DNA of 64,000 nt, taken from Escherichia coli (GTDB lineage: Bacteria; Pseudomonadota; Gammaproteobacteria; Enterobacterales; Enterobacteriaceae). Position numbers and translations under genes: made by a program. Below, piece by piece: positions 61,251 through 64,000 of the stretch (the first letter of the stretch is position 1; each line of letters begins with the position of its first letter). The stretch lies in the NCBI RefSeq assembly GCF_003334815.1, contig NZ_QOWO01000001.1; one strand, given 5' to 3'. Under the pieces are notes generated by a model that saw nothing but the letters and a program-made list of their open reading frames with translations, was not told the DNA's origin and searched no databases.

Positions 61251-64000
61251 TCATTGCGCTTTTTCTTTACGCGGTTGGCGCAACACTTCGTTGATTTGCG
61301 GATCGTCCAGCGGACCCGAAATGTGATAGCGCAAAATGGAGACTTTGCTCCACAGCGGCCCCAGCACTTTACTGGCGGCAAACACTGCCGCGCCAACAAT
61401 GGGGTTAACCGCAAAAGCCGCAGCCACGCCCACCGTCGCAGAAATCTCTGGTGCGACAACCGCTTCCATATTCAGGTCGCGACGTACCAGATTTACCGAC
61501 CCTTTCATGGCGATATCCGCCTCCAGGCCATCCACCAGCGTGTCGTCGGTGTGCATAACGCCGTCTTTAATCCACGCGGTGCTGCGAATGGAGTCAAAAT
61601 AGAACCCTTCGCCAAAAGTGTCTCTGAAATCAAAACGCAGCTTACGCATCAGGGCATCTACGCTCAATAAGCGCAGCAATTGCCCGGCATGTCCGGTATT
61701 GATTTCGGTAATTTCGCCTTTACCCAGTTGAGTATGAATGATGCCATTCAACGTCGCTTCATCTGGCTGCCAGGGTGCTTTGCGCCAGTGTAAATCGTAA
61801 TCCACATTAAATGACGACTGGCGTATGGGCGTCGTGACACCAAAAAATTCTGCGGCGGCATCAATTTTCTGCCCGCGCAGTTTTCCTTTCAGCGAGGTAC
61901 GTTCATTCCCCGGATTATTAACCCATTCACCATCGGCAGTAAGCCGCGAGAAACCAGTATCAATCAGTCCATTGGTCAGCGTTAACGTATCGCCAGAAAT
62001 GGTGATATCACTGTCAATGCGACCGAATTTTTGCCCCCAGAACCAGCACTCTGTGCATCGTATTTGGGCGTCCGGCCAGCCACGGAAGTTAATGCGCTCC
62101 GTTGTCGGGAAAGGTGATGACGGCGTTGAATCACCACGAGTTTTCGCCACGCTCGGGTTGTAATAAAGATATTTGATATTCGCCAGCCACGGCGCGTTAT
62201 TACGCATCGCTAGCGTGGCGTTGATTTCACGCCCTTGCGCTTCAACCAGGGTGCCATTTGCCGTCGGTTGCGAAACAATACTCAGGTTATTCCATTGCTG
62301 ATTTCCCAGTGACAACATAGGCGTACGTAACGTTATGTGTTGTGGGAAACTCGCTGCACCACCGACACTCTCCGCAGCGCCTTTCTGGAACAGGGCCAGC
62401 CACTCGGCACCATTCATCGGCGGCATATTGAGTTCAACGCCACTTTGTTCCGGCAACGGCGGGAGCGTTTTACTGTCTGCCGCCCAAATAGCACGATCGA
62501 GCGTCAGCTTTTGACCGAGCAACCAGCGGCTATTGAAATGATTATCCGCACCAGCCTGTCCGGTTAATTCAAAGCTGTTGAGATTGCCATCAACCTTAAC
62601 GTTTACCGCTAGTGGTTCACCCGCAGGTTTGGCTAACGGTGAAGGTAAGTGACTGCTCACATTCTTTAGATCGCCGTTCAGCTCTATGTTATAGGTCGCA
62701 CCAGCATGATAAGGCAGATCAATGCCCACTTTACCATCCCACGCCACGCTGCCACTCAATGCTTCGTTCACCGCTTCAGGCAGAACGCCGGTTTTCGCCG
62801 GTTGCCAGTTACCGTTGAGGTTTACCGCTACCTGGTAGGCTTTTGCCCCTTCTTTGGTGGAAAAATCCACGTTCAACGGCTGATTAAACCAGCTTGCTGT
62901 CAGTGGTTCACTTTGCAGATCGCTATTGATAAAGCTGAATTTACCGCTCAAATTTTTCAGGGTGCTGTCGAGTGGTTTGATAAACAGACTGTTATTACGC
63001 AGCGTCACTTCACCTTTCGCGGTTACCAGTTCGCCGTTCAGCGGGATATCAAGATGTAAGCGAGCATTCACATCGCCGTCGAGCTGGAGTTCTTGCAGGG
63101 TCGCACCCAGAGAATCTTTCAGCGGTGTCTCATCAAAGTAAGGGCCAACGGCTTTACCCGGACCTTTAATGTCAGCGTCAATCAGCAGTTTTTCTTTTGA
63201 GTAGTCAGGGATCACTGCGGTAAGATTACTCGCGCGCACGCCGCCCAGATTAACGCCATCGGTTTTCATCCATAAACCGTCGTTAATAAAGTCCAGTTCA
63301 ATATCAAGGTTAGTTAATGCAGGCCAGTCCGGCTGGAAGGCAAACTTCGCGTTGCGCAGCGGCACCAGCACTTCAAACTGACCTTCGTTGTGTTTATAGG
63401 GGAAGAGTTGCGGATTGCCACCATAAACCAGCGTCGCGTTATCCGCTTCACCGCCCTGAATCGCGCCACTTAAGTAATCAACCAGGTCTTTACCCATCAA
63501 GTTTTCCGGGAAATAGCGCCAGGCTTGTGAACCATCATCGGTACTGATGCCAGCCAGAATACCCAGCCAGGGTTCATCGTTAGCAGGTTGCAGGTAACGA
63601 AAACCGCCGCGCGCATGGACGGCTTTGGCTTTAACGTCAATATTACGCCCATCCAGCTGGAAACCTTTGTTATTGTTCAGCCAGCTTATAGTTGCCTGGC
63701 CGTCGGCGATTTCTAGTGGCGCACGGAATACCGTTTCGTAAGGCATCTTTGCCTGCTTCATCGACGCGGTAAGCAAACCATTTTCAACGCTGCCGGAAAG
63801 CGTCCCGGAGAAGTGTTCCGCACCCGGTAATAATTTCCATTGCTTCCAGGCCAGATCGCTCCACGATGCCTGAAAACGGGTCTTGTCTGCCGCCTGAAGC
63901 GGGATATCCAGCGCCAGAGTGTTAATCTTGCCGCTCGGTTGTGTGGAGCGCCAAACATCACCCAGTGCAGGTGAAAGTTTCGCGGCCAGCGGGCGTATGC
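61251..64000 (-). CDS. yhdP: AsmA-like envelope lipid-transport protein YhdP, C-terminal ~915 aa (5' end lies outside the window)
   Basis: I checked the frame codon by codon from 63777 to the window end and found no stop. The C-terminus is ...DDPQINEVLRQPRKEKAQ. The ORF-track start at 63776 is only an internal TTG. Confidence 0.92.
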   Translation of the reverse strand, partial: IRPLAAKLSPALGDVWRSTQPSGKINTLALDIPLQAADKTRFQASWSDLAWKQWKLLPGAEHFSGTLSGSVENGLLTASMKQAKMPYETVFRAPLEIADGQATISWLNNNKGFQLDGRNIDVKAKAVHARGGFRYLQPANDEPWLGILAGISTDDGSQAWRYFPENLMGKDLVDYLSGAIQGGEADNATLVYGGNPQLFPYKHNEGQFEVLVPLRNAKFAFQPDWPALTNLDIELDFINDGLWMKTDGVNLGGVRASNLTAVIPDYSKEKLLIDADIKGPGKAVGPYFDETPLKDSLGATLQELQLDGDVNARLHLDIPLNGELVTAKGEVTLRNNSLFIKPLDSTLKNLSGKFSFINSDLQSEPLTASWFNQPLNVDFSTKEGAKAYQVAVNLNGNWQPAKTGVLPEAVNEALSGSVAWDGKVGIDLPYHAGATYNIELNGDLKNVSSHLPSPLAKPAGEPLAVNVKVDGNLNSFELTGQAGADNHFNSRWLLGQKLTLDRAIWAADSKTLPPLPEQSGVELNMPPMNGAEWLALFQKGAAESVGGAASFPQHITLRTPMLSLGNQQWNNLSIVSQPTANGTLVEAQGREINATLAMRNNAPWLANIKYLYYNPSVAKTRGDSTPSSPFPTTERINFRGWPDAQIRCTECWFWGQKFGRIDSDITISGDTLTLTNGLIDTGFSRLTADGEWVNNPGNERTSLKGKLRGQKIDAAAEFFGVTTPIRQSSFNVDYDLHWRKAPWQPDEATLNGIIHTQLGKGEITEINTGHAGQLLRLLSVDALMRKLRFDFRDTFGEGFYFDSIRSTAWIKDGVMHTDDTLVDGLEADIAMKGSVNLVRRDLNMEAVVAPEISATVGVAAAFAVNPIVGAAVFAASKVLGPLWSKVSILRYHISGPLDDPQINEVLRQPRKEKAQ

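Noticed and set aside
60965-61670. ORFs 60965-61294 (+) and 61155-61670 (+) in the tldD-yhdP spacer.
   Set aside because: They are read through the REP/BIME tandem array, which gives a repeated MRRERPI... peptide, and then run into the antisense of yhdP. They are artefacts of the repeats.

Overview
This window reads as a contiguous, well-known stretch of Escherichia coli chromosome. The gene order matches the K-12 map from dacB to yhdP: dacB, obgE-yhbE, rpmA-rplU, ispB, sfsB, murA-ibaG, mlaFEDCB, yrbG, kdsDC-lptCAB-rpoN-hpf-ptsN-rapZ-npr, yrbL, mtgA, elbB, ArcZ/arcB, yhcC, gltBD, gltF-yhcADEF, yhcG, yhcH-nanKETA, nanR, dcuD, sspAB, rpsI-rplM, zapE, yhcB, degQ, degS, mdh, argR, yhcN, yhcO, aaeXAB/aaeR, tldD, yhdP. 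I call 62 protein-coding genes, two of them cut by the window edges, and one sRNA (ArcZ). I also call REP/BIME clusters, several intrinsic terminators and a few operator or promoter sites that can be read directly (PhoP box, NanR GGTATA repeats, ARG boxes). I see no rRNA, tRNA, IS element, prophage, CRISPR array or recognisable defence island. Identifications rest on recognising the translated ORFs as familiar E. coli proteins; no database search was possible. Many ORF-track starts are upstream extensions, and I moved them to the start that gives the known protein N-terminus with a Shine-Dalgarno. Most of the window is ordinary core genome. The only accessory-looking part is about 30.7-37.9 kb: an AT-rich cryptic chaperone-usher operon (gltF-yhcADEF) plus the orphan PD-(D/E)XK nuclease-like gene yhcG. 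There I found the one structure that standard annotation does not explain, a family of five related ~28-nt perfect or near-perfect palindromes with core CAGAC-NNN-GTCTG and GAATTC-like flanks. Three of them form an exact 39-bp tandem, in-frame array inside yhcG. Two are solo non-coding copies, in the same orientation, sitting just after gltD and just after yhcG. Together the solo copies bracket the whole 7.1-kb gltF-yhcG block. I cannot tell from the sequence alone whether this is a small palindromic mobile or insertion element, an island boundary signature, or a yhcG-related recognition structure. yhcE is uninterrupted here, whereas I remember it as IS5-split in K-12 MG1655, so the source is probably not wild-type MG1655.
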